A stretch of DNA of 64,000 nucleotides from Paludibacteraceae bacterium (GTDB lineage Bacteria > Bacteroidota > Bacteroidia > Bacteroidales > Paludibacteraceae). Positions 1-7,880 of the stretch are shown one piece after another. The position numbers were made by a program, and so were the translations under genes. The stretch is from NCBI GenBank assembly GCA_024399495.1, contig JAKSNY010000007.1, positions 40,516 to 104,515 on the forward strand. Direction: 5' to 3'. The notes beneath the pieces are model-generated. The model saw only the letters and a list, made by a program, of their open reading frames with translations, made no database searches and was not told where the DNA came from. How positions within the stretch are numbered: the first letter of the stretch is position 1; each line of letters opens with the position of its first letter.

Positions 1-331
1 AGTCAAACATATTGACACCAAGCCTTGTGGTAATATTAAGGTAGCGGAACTCAGGGGTTGCATTCAGATCTTGCCCCTTTTGGTTAGGATTTACATCTTT
101 TGGAACAAAATAATAGAGTCCGTTATTGGCAGAATATCCTTGGCGAGAATCGTATGTAAGGTAGTTTCTTACAAATCCGTAAAACTTAAAGTGTGTATTC
201 CACTTCTGTTTTATTTTCTCTTTTTTTTCTGCCTTTATAGATGCCTTTATGCTGTCGTTATCTGTGTCTGCCGCATAAGTGAAAGTACAAGCATATAGGC
301 ACACAGATAATAGCAGTAATATCTTTTTCAT
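1..331 (-). CDS. Porin-like outer-membrane protein, N-terminal fragment (gene runs off the window start)
   Basis: Absent from the ORF track because it is open at the window edge. The minus-strand ATG at 331..329 opens a stop-free frame of 110 codons down to position 1: MKKILLLLSVCLYACTFTYAADTDND...FKFYGFVRNYLTYDSRQGYSANNGLYYF. It has a signal peptide followed by aromatic/Gly-rich beta-strand-like sequence. The listed + ORF 71..298 is its antisense shadow. Confidence 0.4.
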   Translation of the reverse strand, partial: MKKILLLLSVCLYACTFTYAADTDNDSIKASIKAEKKEKIKQKWNTHFKFYGFVRNYLTYDSRQGYSANNGLYYFVPKDVNPNQKGQDLNATPEFRYLNITTRLGVNMFD

Positions 332-417
332 AAAGAATGTGTTTTGAGGCTGCAAAGTTAATAAATTAGAACTAAAAACTAAAATAATAATTATAATATC
401 CGCTAATATCCGCTGAT

Positions 418-2424
418 TCAGAACGTGGCACCAACTATAACTCTAAAGTTAAATCCAGGCATAGGGTAACCGCGTACAACCTCATATTGGGTGTTGCAGA
501 GGTTGTTAAGCTGCACAGAGGTGTGCAGTTTCCAAACTTTGAACGGATGGGTGTAGGATAGTGCCACATCGTTGGTGTAGAATGGTTCTATATAGTTGGC
601 AGGAATGTTGGCTGACGATGAGTAACGCTCTCCTGTATAGATAAAACTGTAGTTCAGCGATAATGTCTTGTATGCTATGTTAAGTATGGCAGAACCGCTA
701 TGCCAAGGGGTGTATGGCAACTGTCCGCCATAATATGGGCTTGATTTGTCAAAACTTTGGTCTGACGCTTTTTGGTATGAGTAGGCAAGCCTTAACCCCA
801 ATGTCCAATACTTGCTCCACTGAAGCCCCATATCTATAGATACATCAGCCCCCGTAATGCTTACCTTGCCATAGTTCTTCATCTGCCAACGGAACGGATT
901 GGCGGCAGGTATTGCAACTATCTTGTCTTTTACTGAATTGTGATAACCATCAACTTGTATGGCAAAATTGCAGAATATATCAGCGGGTCTGGAGTATTGG
1001 TACGATAGCCCCACATCATATTGGTCCACATACTCTGGATTTAATGAGGGACTGCCTACTATGGCATAGTACAAATCATTGAATGTAGGCATTCGGAAAG
1101 CCCTTTTATAGAATGCACGTATGTCAAATGCCACGCTTTTGGCTGGTCTTATCGTGAGCATAGCCGTAGGTGTGAATACATTATGTGGCTTGGATGCGGT
1201 GCCGTTTTTTACATTATCCTGCACAAAATTTCCAAGCACACTTGCCTGAAACCTTACGTTAGGGTGGCGGAATGTGGTGGCAAGTGCCACTAACTCTGTG
1301 TATCTGGTAGGGAATGCAAAGTTTTTAATATCGGAGTTAAGATAATTATATTGAAAATCTGTGGCAAGCGATACGTCCCACCAGCTGAATATCTTATAGT
1401 TCAATGCCCCCGATATGTACGCCTCCTGCTGTTTGTATGTGTTATCCACAGTAAAGTGAGTGGAATCGGGGTCAAGATAGCGGGTGTAATCGTAGGCATA
1501 TTTTGCTTTTGCCTGAAAGCCTAACTTGCCGTCAATGTAGTTTTGCTTGTACGAAGCCTGAATGAAAAGGTTATCGTCCCACTGACGTTGCGGATGTGAG
1601 AATACATTACGTGCTATGTAACCAGGCAAACCTCTATCGGAGTAGTAGTTATACACTTTTGCACTCCACTCTCCGTTTTTTACAGTGCCAAAGAGTGCCG
1701 CTTCTGTCCGTACTGCCTGTATATCTGCGTTTTGCCTTACGGCAGTAGTGTCGTATAGGGTGGTGCCATCGGGGGCGGTCTTTTTGTAACGGAATTTATA
1801 TTTGCCGTTAGAATAGGTGTATTCAGCACTGAGTGTAAGTATTACAGACTTACCTAATTTTTGGCTGTATGTGATGCTTGGATTCGCAAGGGCAAAACTG
1901 CCTGCCTTCATCTTAACATCTACAGTAAAGTTCTTGCCATTACTGAATGAAGGTTTTTTTGTTGTTATGTAGATGGTTCCTGCCGCTCCGTAGTCTTTGG
2001 CACATTGCAGCCCGTCTCCTTTTTGTCCGTTATAAAGGTCTATAGCCTCTATATTGTCAAGTGAGAAACGTCCTAAATCCACTTGTCCGTTTTGGGCGTT
2101 GCCAAGTTGAATGCCGTCATAGAACACTCCCATTTGGTTAGTTCCCATAGAGCGTACATTTATGGTCTTTATGCCGCCTACGCCACCGTAATCCTTAATC
2201 TGCACCCCTGAGAAAAACCTTATGGCGTCAGCCACACTCTGACAACCAAGGTTCTCTATTACCGCTGAATCCATACGCTGGAACGGCACTATATCCCTGC
2301 GTATTCTCTTGGGAGAGAAACACACCTCCTGCAGTTCATACACTTTGGTGGTGTCAAGTGCCGTAGCCCACAATGTCAGTGGGGAGACTAAGAGCAACAG
2401 TAATATGAGGTTTTTAGGGTACAT
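418..2424 (-). CDS. btuB: TonB-dependent outer-membrane receptor, cobalamin-type by context
   Basis: 668-aa ORF with a signal peptide, a plug domain (VIENLGCQSVADAIRFFSGVQIKDYGGVGGIKTINVRSMG, YDGIQLGN) and a long beta-barrel ending in the aromatic terminus IVGATF. It is the distal gene of the operon headed by the cobalamin riboswitch at 3967..4125. Confidence 0.8.
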   Translation of the reverse strand: MYPKNLILLLLLVSPLTLWATALDTTKVYELQEVCFSPKRIRRDIVPFQRMDSAVIENLGCQSVADAIRFFSGVQIKDYGGVGGIKTINVRSMGTNQMGVFYDGIQLGNAQNGQVDLGRFSLDNIEAIDLYNGQKGDGLQCAKDYGAAGTIYITTKKPSFSNGKNFTVDVKMKAGSFALANPSITYSQKLGKSVILTLSAEYTYSNGKYKFRYKKTAPDGTTLYDTTAVRQNADIQAVRTEAALFGTVKNGEWSAKVYNYYSDRGLPGYIARNVFSHPQRQWDDNLFIQASYKQNYIDGKLGFQAKAKYAYDYTRYLDPDSTHFTVDNTYKQQEAYISGALNYKIFSWWDVSLATDFQYNYLNSDIKNFAFPTRYTELVALATTFRHPNVRFQASVLGNFVQDNVKNGTASKPHNVFTPTAMLTIRPAKSVAFDIRAFYKRAFRMPTFNDLYYAIVGSPSLNPEYVDQYDVGLSYQYSRPADIFCNFAIQVDGYHNSVKDKIVAIPAANPFRWQMKNYGKVSITGADVSIDMGLQWSKYWTLGLRLAYSYQKASDQSFDKSSPYYGGQLPYTPWHSGSAILNIAYKTLSLNYSFIYTGERYSSSANIPANYIEPFYTNDVALSYTHPFKVWKLHTSVQLNNLCNTQYEVVRGYPMPGFNFRVIVGATF

Positions 2425-2552
2425 TATTATTTTAATTGAAAATTGAAAGTGGACTGTGAAACTGACCGAAGGTAAAGTTCCCTCCTAACCTCCCTAAAGG
2501 GAGGAACAGATTGTAAAAACTTTTCACTTTACTTTCAGTCAGCTAACGCAGT

Positions 2553-2653
2553 CAACTTTCCACTTTCAACTTTCCACTTTCAACTTTCCACTTTTAACTT
2601 TCAACTTTTAACTTTCAACTTTTAACTTTCAACTTTTAACTTTCAACTTTTAA
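2553..2653. repeat. 14-bp tandem repeat array (3x caactttccacttt, then 4x taactttcaacttt, plus a partial unit)
   Basis: Read directly from the sequence. The period is an exact 14 bp from 2553 to 2650. The array abuts the stop codon of the upstream lipoprotein gene (2654). The minus-strand transcript would be purine-rich (gaaagtggaaagtt / gaaagttaaaagtt). Confidence 0.9.
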
Positions 2654-3727
2654 CTATTTAAAAGTGATAGCATACGGTATGTCGCCTGCGGTTTTTCTCC
2701 ACTGTTTTTTGCCTTCCGGACTGTAGCAGGTAACAGTGCCTGGTGTTACATAATCCGCCGCATCACAGATATAGAAATTACCGTTTCTAGAATCTATGGC
2801 AATATTACTTGGGTTTTGCATCTCTTTTTCTGTTCCGTCTGTAATAGGAGAGCCACCTAAAGCGTATGTTGCCAAATCTATTGTGTAGAAATTGTATGTG
2901 GTGTTCCAAGACTCATCATACTCTTGTGTAAAGCAGTAGCATTTGCCGTTATAAACATCCATTCCCAATACAGGAATATTAAAACTCTTGACCACGGTTT
3001 CTGTCACAGGGTCAAAGACAATCAGACTGCCAAATACATCATAGAAATTACCGTATGAGTTAATCAGCAGTTTGCCATCGCCTGTAGGGCGTACTTTTGA
3101 CATATTCAGGGCAACATCTATCTGTTTGTTCTCTGTAAAAGTAGTCATATCAATTACAGATAGTTTATTGCTGTATCCGTGGTCATAATCACCCATATTT
3201 GCAACATACATATTTGTACCCACAAACGCCATCTCTTCAGGGCAGACACCAACTGTACACTTGCGGGTAACGGTAAGGCTTGTGGTGTCTATCTCAGATA
3301 CATAACCTTTATTAAAGCCGTTGTAAGAGGTTACATACACTTTGCCGTTGTAGAAATTAATGTATCGGCAACTGTTTATTGTAATGGAAGCCAAGTGTTT
3401 GGCGGTGGAGGCGTCCGCCACCTCCACTAAATTGGAGCCGTTAACTGTAATATACAACTTGCCTCCGTAAATCTTAGCATCGTTGCCCGTATCGCCAAGT
3501 CCAAGTGTCACTGATTTGTCAAAAACGTTGTTTGTATAAGTGCCGCTGAGGTAGTCAAAGCAGTCAAGCGATGCCTTGTTTGTTCCCATAGCACCTTGAT
3601 TAAGAACATAAAAGCCTGTTGTAAGAACAGTATCTTTAGAATTTGTAGGCTCGTCTTTTTTACACGATGCCAAACTAAGCACAGTTAGTGCCAAAAACGC
3701 AAAAATAGAAAGTCTGTTTGCTTTCAT
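2654..3727 (-). CDS. Surface beta-propeller lipoprotein (YncE/DUF5074-like; candidate BtuG-type cobalamin-capture protein)
   Basis: 357-aa ORF with a lipoprotein signal (LSLAS|C). Repeated blade-like segments are visible (KLYITVNGSN, KVYVTSYNG, NMYVANMGDY, KLLINSYGN, NFYICDAADY). It is the first ORF after the cobalamin riboswitch and lies directly upstream of the TonB-dependent receptor. The BtuG assignment is by context only. Confidence 0.65.
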   Translation of the reverse strand: MKANRLSIFAFLALTVLSLASCKKDEPTNSKDTVLTTGFYVLNQGAMGTNKASLDCFDYLSGTYTNNVFDKSVTLGLGDTGNDAKIYGGKLYITVNGSNLVEVADASTAKHLASITINSCRYINFYNGKVYVTSYNGFNKGYVSEIDTTSLTVTRKCTVGVCPEEMAFVGTNMYVANMGDYDHGYSNKLSVIDMTTFTENKQIDVALNMSKVRPTGDGKLLINSYGNFYDVFGSLIVFDPVTETVVKSFNIPVLGMDVYNGKCYCFTQEYDESWNTTYNFYTIDLATYALGGSPITDGTEKEMQNPSNIAIDSRNGNFYICDAADYVTPGTVTCYSPEGKKQWRKTAGDIPYAITFK

Positions 3728-3795
3728 AATGGTAATGAGGATATTCAGGAGCCTCTCTGTCTGTGTCCCATTCCACGGGGACGTTAAACATTAGG

Positions 3796-3957
3796 TGATA
3801 TGGTCTTTTTTATTATTTTGGTTTGCTTTGGCTTTGTTTTTGTATCTTACTTATATTCACTCAGTCACGTAGTACACACTACGTTCCTTCGCTCATATCA
3901 GTAATCTCCTAAAAACAAATCTCAAACCAATCTCAAAAAAACAAAAGAACATATCAC
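3796..3957. repeat. Roughly 160-bp imperfect palindrome (about 50-nt arms plus a central 7-bp hairpin) in the 5' UTR between riboswitch and first ORF
   Basis: The left arm is gtgatatggtcttttttattattttggtttgctttggctttgtttttg. The reverse complement of the right arm is gtgatatgttcttttgtttttttgagattggtttgagatttgttttta. The first 15 nt match 14/15, and the blocks ttggtttg and tttgttttt are shared. The central hairpin acgtagt-acac-actacgt at 3867..3884 is concentric with the arms. Confidence 0.7.
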
Positions 3958-3966
3958 TTGAACTTT

Positions 3967-4125
3967 GGCAGGTCTTCTGACTTGGCTTCTCTCCTTCAGC
4001 CTTCCCAAGTTTTTACGGCTCAGTGGCAAGTGTGGTAAGGAGAGTTTTGAACCCTGACGGGTTAAGCCTTACAGCAGCGGGACTGTTCAGGATTTTCACC
4101 TGATTCCCTTTTAGCCGCTTATCTG
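3967..4125 (-). promoter_or_regulatory. Cobalamin (AdoCbl/B12) riboswitch
   Basis: The minus strand reads AAAAGGGAAUCAGGUGAAAAUCCUGAACAGUCCCGCUGCUGUAAGG ... GCCACUG ... UGGGAAGGC ... AGUCAGAAGACCUGCC. These match the conserved core and the B12 box of the cobalamin riboswitch family. A TAaaTTTG promoter box lies just upstream. Confidence 0.9.
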
Positions 4126-4155
4126 TGTAATAAAAGCGGACACCAAAATTTTTTG

Positions 4156-4163
4156 CAAATTTA
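4156..4163 (-). promoter_or_regulatory. Bacteroidota sigma-A -7 box (TAaaTTTG) for the riboswitch operon
   Basis: The plus strand reads caaattta, so the minus strand reads TAAATTTG. This matches the established Bacteroides TAnnTTTG consensus and lies about 30 nt upstream of the riboswitch core. Confidence 0.5.
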
Positions 4164-4175
4164 CTGTTATTTTTG

Positions 4176-4183
4176 TAACTTTG
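4176..4183 (+). promoter_or_regulatory. -7 box TAacTTTG for the lipid kinase gene
   Basis: TAACTTTG sits 19 nt upstream of the ATG at 4202. It is divergent from the riboswitch promoter. Confidence 0.5.
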
Positions 4184-4201
4184 CAAGATTATTTGCATTT
4201 T

Positions 4202-5128
4202 ATGAAGAAAGATGTTTTAATGTTTATTATAAACCCAAAGGCAGGCGGTTATAAGGAGTCTGTTTGGGAGGATGTGGCAGTGATTCTTGATAAGAATAAT
4301 CGTGAGTTCAATTTTTACAAGACCAAATGTGCAGGTGATGCCACCCGTAAGGTTCAGGATTGCATAAAGGAGGGGTATCGCCACTTTGTAGGCATCGGGG
4401 GAGACGGCACTATAAGTGAGATAGTTAACGGTATGATGATGCAGAACTACGTGGATTATGATGAACTGCTGCTCAGTGCCATATCTTACGGAACAGGTAA
4501 TGATTGGGTGCGTTACTACGGACAAAGCAAGGATTTGAATATGGCTGTGCGTGGGGTGCTGTTTGGTAGGATTCGTACACAGGATGTGGGGCTTATACAT
4601 TACTACCAAGACGGTGAGCATAAACGTAAATATTTTATGAATGCGGCAGGGTTTGGCTACGATGCCCAAATAATAGAAGCCACCAAAAATATGACCGCCA
4701 AACAGCGGGGTAGTAAGACTGCATATCTTGGCAGTTTGCTTAAGTGTCTCTATAAGACAAAAAAGATAGACTACACATTTAAGTATGATAATGGTGAGTT
4801 TACAGAGCATACACTCTCTGTAAGTGTGGGTAACGGTCGCTATACAGGTGGTGCTATGCTACAGACCCCCGATGCGGTAATAGATGACGGACTTTTTGAT
4901 GTGTCTGTATTTGGCGATGTCTCTAAATTTGCTGTGATTCAGAATGTAAGGCGTTTATATTCAGGTACAATTAAGGAGTATAAGAATCACCACATGATAT
5001 ATTTCCGCACATCGCATCTGCGTATGGAAGCCCCTGTGGAGACCATCTGTGAGATAGATGGTGAAATCATAGGCTCCGCCCCATACGATATAGAAATAGT
5101 AAAGGGTGCATTACGGGTGCAAATCTAA
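4202..5128 (+). CDS. DAGK/sphingosine-kinase-fold lipid kinase (YegS/BmrU family)
   Basis: The N-terminus is FIINPKAGG and the nucleotide-binding motif is GIGGDGTISEIVNG. The track start at 4181 is a TTG overlapping the predicted promoter box, so ATG 4202 (MKKDVLMFIINP) is preferred. Confidence 0.8.
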   Translation: MKKDVLMFIINPKAGGYKESVWEDVAVILDKNNREFNFYKTKCAGDATRKVQDCIKEGYRHFVGIGGDGTISEIVNGMMMQNYVDYDELLLSAISYGTGNDWVRYYGQSKDLNMAVRGVLFGRIRTQDVGLIHYYQDGEHKRKYFMNAAGFGYDAQIIEATKNMTAKQRGSKTAYLGSLLKCLYKTKKIDYTFKYDNGEFTEHTLSVSVGNGRYTGGAMLQTPDAVIDDGLFDVSVFGDVSKFAVIQNVRRLYSGTIKEYKNHHMIYFRTSHLRMEAPVETICEIDGEIIGSAPYDIEIVKGALRVQI

Positions 5129-5193
5129 AAAAGCAAGCGTTGCGTTTTTTTTGCAAAAAGTTCTTAACAACAACCGCGATAAAAAAAATTTCA

Positions 5194-5201
5194 TATATTT
5201 G
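5194..5201 (+). promoter_or_regulatory. -7 box TAtaTTTG
   Basis: TATATTTG lies 29 nt upstream of the ATG at 5230. Confidence 0.45.
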
Positions 5202-5229
5202 CGGCATATAACCAACTATTATCTATATT

Positions 5230-5676
5230 ATGAACATTAAAAGCTTATTTAAAAGCACTATGTCCGCACTGACGTTATCCGTTATGATGGTGCTTGTTCT
5301 ATTGAACAGCGGATGTAAAGATAAGTCTAATTCTAATTCTAATCCTGTTCCTTCCTCTGATGGCGATATCGTAGGCACTTGGTTAGGTACAGTCACAGAT
5401 GTAGAGTTTGAAAGTTCATGCCAGTTGGAGTGTAAGTTTTTGAAAAATGGTACCGGAACAAATACTTTTACTTTTGAGGATGGTGAATTGTCATTTCCTA
5501 TATTGTGGCGTATTGATGACTCAGGTAAACTTTATATGATAAACGAGGAGGATATGGAAGAAGATGGAGATGCCGCTGAGTGGTCTGATATGTCTTACAG
5601 CCTGTACAACAGAACATTGGAATTGCAATACTCATACGATGCAGAACCAGTCTATCTAAAAAGAGTGAACCAATAA
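5230..5676 (+). CDS. Lipocalin-like lipoprotein, function unknown
   Basis: 148 aa with a lipobox (LLNSG|C) and a Ser/Asn linker. An IVGTWLG motif followed by a short beta-rich domain resembles Bacteroidota lipocalin-like domains. Confidence 0.6.
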   Translation: MNIKSLFKSTMSALTLSVMMVLVLLNSGCKDKSNSNSNPVPSSDGDIVGTWLGTVTDVEFESSCQLECKFLKNGTGTNTFTFEDGELSFPILWRIDDSGKLYMINEEDMEEDGDAAEWSDMSYSLYNRTLELQYSYDAEPVYLKRVNQ

Positions 5677-5704
5677 ATATTATCTACCTTAAATAATTAG
5701 ACGT

Positions 5705-6802
5705 ATGAAAAGAATTTTTGTAAACTTACTAATTGTTGTAGTAGGCATTTTGTGGACTATAAATGTAACTGCACAGGAAACAGGTCGCCCTATATGGATT
5801 GTGCAGCACGCTTCCAATTCATACAGATGTTTTGAAAATGCAATGGAAGATGGGGCTAACGGAGTAGAGATTGACTTGTGGACTAATAAGGCGAACAAGG
5901 AAAAAGACTGGAGTGTTGACCACGGTCGTAGTGGTACTGAATATTGGTACTATAGCGAGGCTGCCAGGAAAAGTAAAAATGCAGGTATTAAAGACCCTAA
6001 AGATTGGTATCGTAGTCTTAAAGAGTATTTAGAGGATAAGGTTTTGACAAGTGACAAAATAAGTATAATTTGGCTGGATATGAAGAGTTATCCATACGCT
6101 GATGCTTTGATGCGACACGTACATAAAATTTTGGAAGCAAAAGGATACAGCAAGAATAATGTGCCTCCATTTCAGATTATATATGGCTTTTATAATACCA
6201 ATCATCTCTCTGCCGTAACATCAGAACGGCGTGATGATGGCATTGTTTCATCTTACAATGGTAGTATGATTGCATATTTCGCACACGAGCAATGGCCAAA
6301 TGAAGGTATTAACATGGCGTATGAGGGAACTCATTGGAGTCCTAATTGGAGTGGTAGATTAGGTGATATAGAAAAACTTTTAACTGATAATAACTACCCG
6401 ATAGATCACCATTTTACTACAAACGGTTTATTTAGCGGAATAGGTGCTACCAGGTGGTATCATGTAGTTGATGCCAGAAAATTGATGATACAGAGTAGAT
6501 ATTGTGCAAGAATAGGCTGGTGGACTTGCCAAACTCAGACAAGGGGTGCGGAGTGTATTTATGAGGATTTGAGTGGTGCAATGAAGGCTGATTTTATTCT
6601 TATTGAGGGTAGAACTGATTTTATAAGTTCAAGATTTGGAGCCCGTCTTGCCTTACAAAAATTTGTAAAGAATTTCTTTAACCCTAATGAAACTTTGTAT
6701 AAGGATTACAATAAAGGTAAATACCGTCCTGCCAAAAGAACAGACAAATTTTGGATATTATATAATGATCCGTCACGTGTCAGATATATGAGTGACAATT
6801 AA
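5705..6802 (+). CDS. Secreted PLC-like/GDPD-fold phosphodiesterase resembling sphingomyelinase D / phospholipase D
   Basis: 365 aa with a signal peptide (NVTA|QE). The blocks RPIWIVQH, DGANGVEIDL, VDHG and IIWLDMK parallel the catalytic blocks of the SMase D family as recalled from memory. The gene starts 28 nt after the lipocalin gene. Confidence 0.55.
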   Translation: MKRIFVNLLIVVVGILWTINVTAQETGRPIWIVQHASNSYRCFENAMEDGANGVEIDLWTNKANKEKDWSVDHGRSGTEYWYYSEAARKSKNAGIKDPKDWYRSLKEYLEDKVLTSDKISIIWLDMKSYPYADALMRHVHKILEAKGYSKNNVPPFQIIYGFYNTNHLSAVTSERRDDGIVSSYNGSMIAYFAHEQWPNEGINMAYEGTHWSPNWSGRLGDIEKLLTDNNYPIDHHFTTNGLFSGIGATRWYHVVDARKLMIQSRYCARIGWWTCQTQTRGAECIYEDLSGAMKADFILIEGRTDFISSRFGARLALQKFVKNFFNPNETLYKDYNKGKYRPAKRTDKFWILYNDPSRVRYMSDN

Positions 6803-7719
6803 GACCCAAATCTTGAGTTTTGGTCTATGAGGAGTAGTCTCTTTTCCAACGCCTCAATGTTGGGTACGGCTACTCCTTTTGATTTTGCAGATTTAATAAC
6901 CTCTGTGTAGATATATTGTATCTCCATAGGGCGGTGGTGTGCATAATCCACATACATACTGGGCTTGTATGGTATCATGCCGTCTGTAGCCTTCATCATC
7001 TCATCAGCGTATGCCACAGTAAGTTTTGCTCCGTTTGCCTGTGCCGCCTCAACCACCTCAAGCATAATGTTATATGCAAGCCGTCTTGATTCAGGATTAT
7101 CCATAATCTCTTTTGTAGAGGCATCTAAAGCAACGGAGAGTCCGTTAAAGGGCATATTCCATACAAGTTTCCTCCACCTCTCTGTGGTGTAGTCTGTGGA
7201 GTGGACAGCCCTCAGTCCTGTAGTGTTTATATCATTGCAGAATGCTTTAAGTATATCATCATTACCCCGATATAGTCCCACGGTGATGGTTCCGAAATTA
7301 GTGTGAGTTATCTCTCCTGGTGCTGTTTTGGTAACAGATGCCATAACCATACCGCCTGCCATACCTACACCATCAGGCAACTGCTCACTTACAAATTTCT
7401 CCATATTTATGCCGTTCTGTATAAGTATTACAAAACTATCGGGTTTAAGAATAGGCTTTATAAGTGCAGGAATCCTATCCTCATATACGGTCTTCATGCA
7501 CACAAGTATGACATCACACGTTGGCATATCTTCTGTGGAGTTGTAGGCATTTACATTTTTTAATGTAAAGTTTCCAAGAATGGAGTTAACGGTAAACCCC
7601 TTCTCTTTAACATCATTATAGTCTGAGCGGAAAAGGAAATGCACGTCAAATCCTGCGTGTGCAAGCATGCCTCCAAACAAGCCTCCCATTGCCCCTGTCC
7701 CTATTACGGCGTATCTCAT
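6799..7719 (-). CDS. panE: 2-dehydropantoate 2-reductase (ketopantoate reductase)
   Basis: 306 aa with an N-terminal Rossmann motif (AVIGTGAMGGLFGGMLAHAG). Length and layout fit the ApbA/PanE family. Its stop codon overlaps the stop of the convergent gene at 6799..6802. Confidence 0.8.
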   Translation of the reverse strand: MRYAVIGTGAMGGLFGGMLAHAGFDVHFLFRSDYNDVKEKGFTVNSILGNFTLKNVNAYNSTEDMPTCDVILVCMKTVYEDRIPALIKPILKPDSFVILIQNGINMEKFVSEQLPDGVGMAGGMVMASVTKTAPGEITHTNFGTITVGLYRGNDDILKAFCNDINTTGLRAVHSTDYTTERWRKLVWNMPFNGLSVALDASTKEIMDNPESRRLAYNIMLEVVEAAQANGAKLTVAYADEMMKATDGMIPYKPSMYVDYAHHRPMEIQYIYTEVIKSAKSKGVAVPNIEALEKRLLLIDQNSRFGS

Positions 7720-7749
7720 AATAATCTGTTGATGTTTTGATTAACGCCG

Positions 7750-7757
7750 CAAAGATA
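7750..7757 (-). promoter_or_regulatory. -7 box TAtcTTTG for panE
   Basis: The plus strand reads caaagata, so the minus strand reads TATCTTTG. It lies about 30 nt upstream of the panE ATG at 7719. Confidence 0.5.
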
Positions 7758-7831
7758 AGAATAATAACCATCACCATCAAGTGATAGTGCAGGTTTTTGT
7801 ATAATGATAACTATGATACAAAAAATTTACA

Positions 7832-7839
7832 TAACTTTG
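7832..7839 (+). promoter_or_regulatory. -7 box TAacTTTG for the amidohydrolase operon
   Basis: TAACTTTG lies 42 nt upstream of the ATG at 7881. Confidence 0.5.
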
Positions 7840-7880
7840 TACCCAAAACCAATTGACTAATCAATCTAAAAAACTTATAA

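Noticed and set aside
71-298. 75-aa + strand ORF at the window start
   Set aside because: It lies antisense to a longer stop-free minus-strand frame that has a convincing signal peptide (1..331). Its sequence is low-complexity Phe/Cys/Ile-rich.
2553-2653. 14-bp repeat array as a CRISPR-like or coding repeat
   Set aside because: The period is too short and there are no spacers. No ORF spans it in the transcribed orientation, so it is treated as a non-coding tandem repeat.
4217-4810. Long antisense ORFs inside confident genes (for example 4217..4810 -, 15417..16016 -, 28677..29240 +, 35368..35844 +, 40657..41127 +, 46122..46526 -, 55363..55812 -)
   Set aside because: Each is fully contained within, and opposite to, a gene with clear family motifs. 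Their composition is typical of shadow frames, and they have no signal or motif content.
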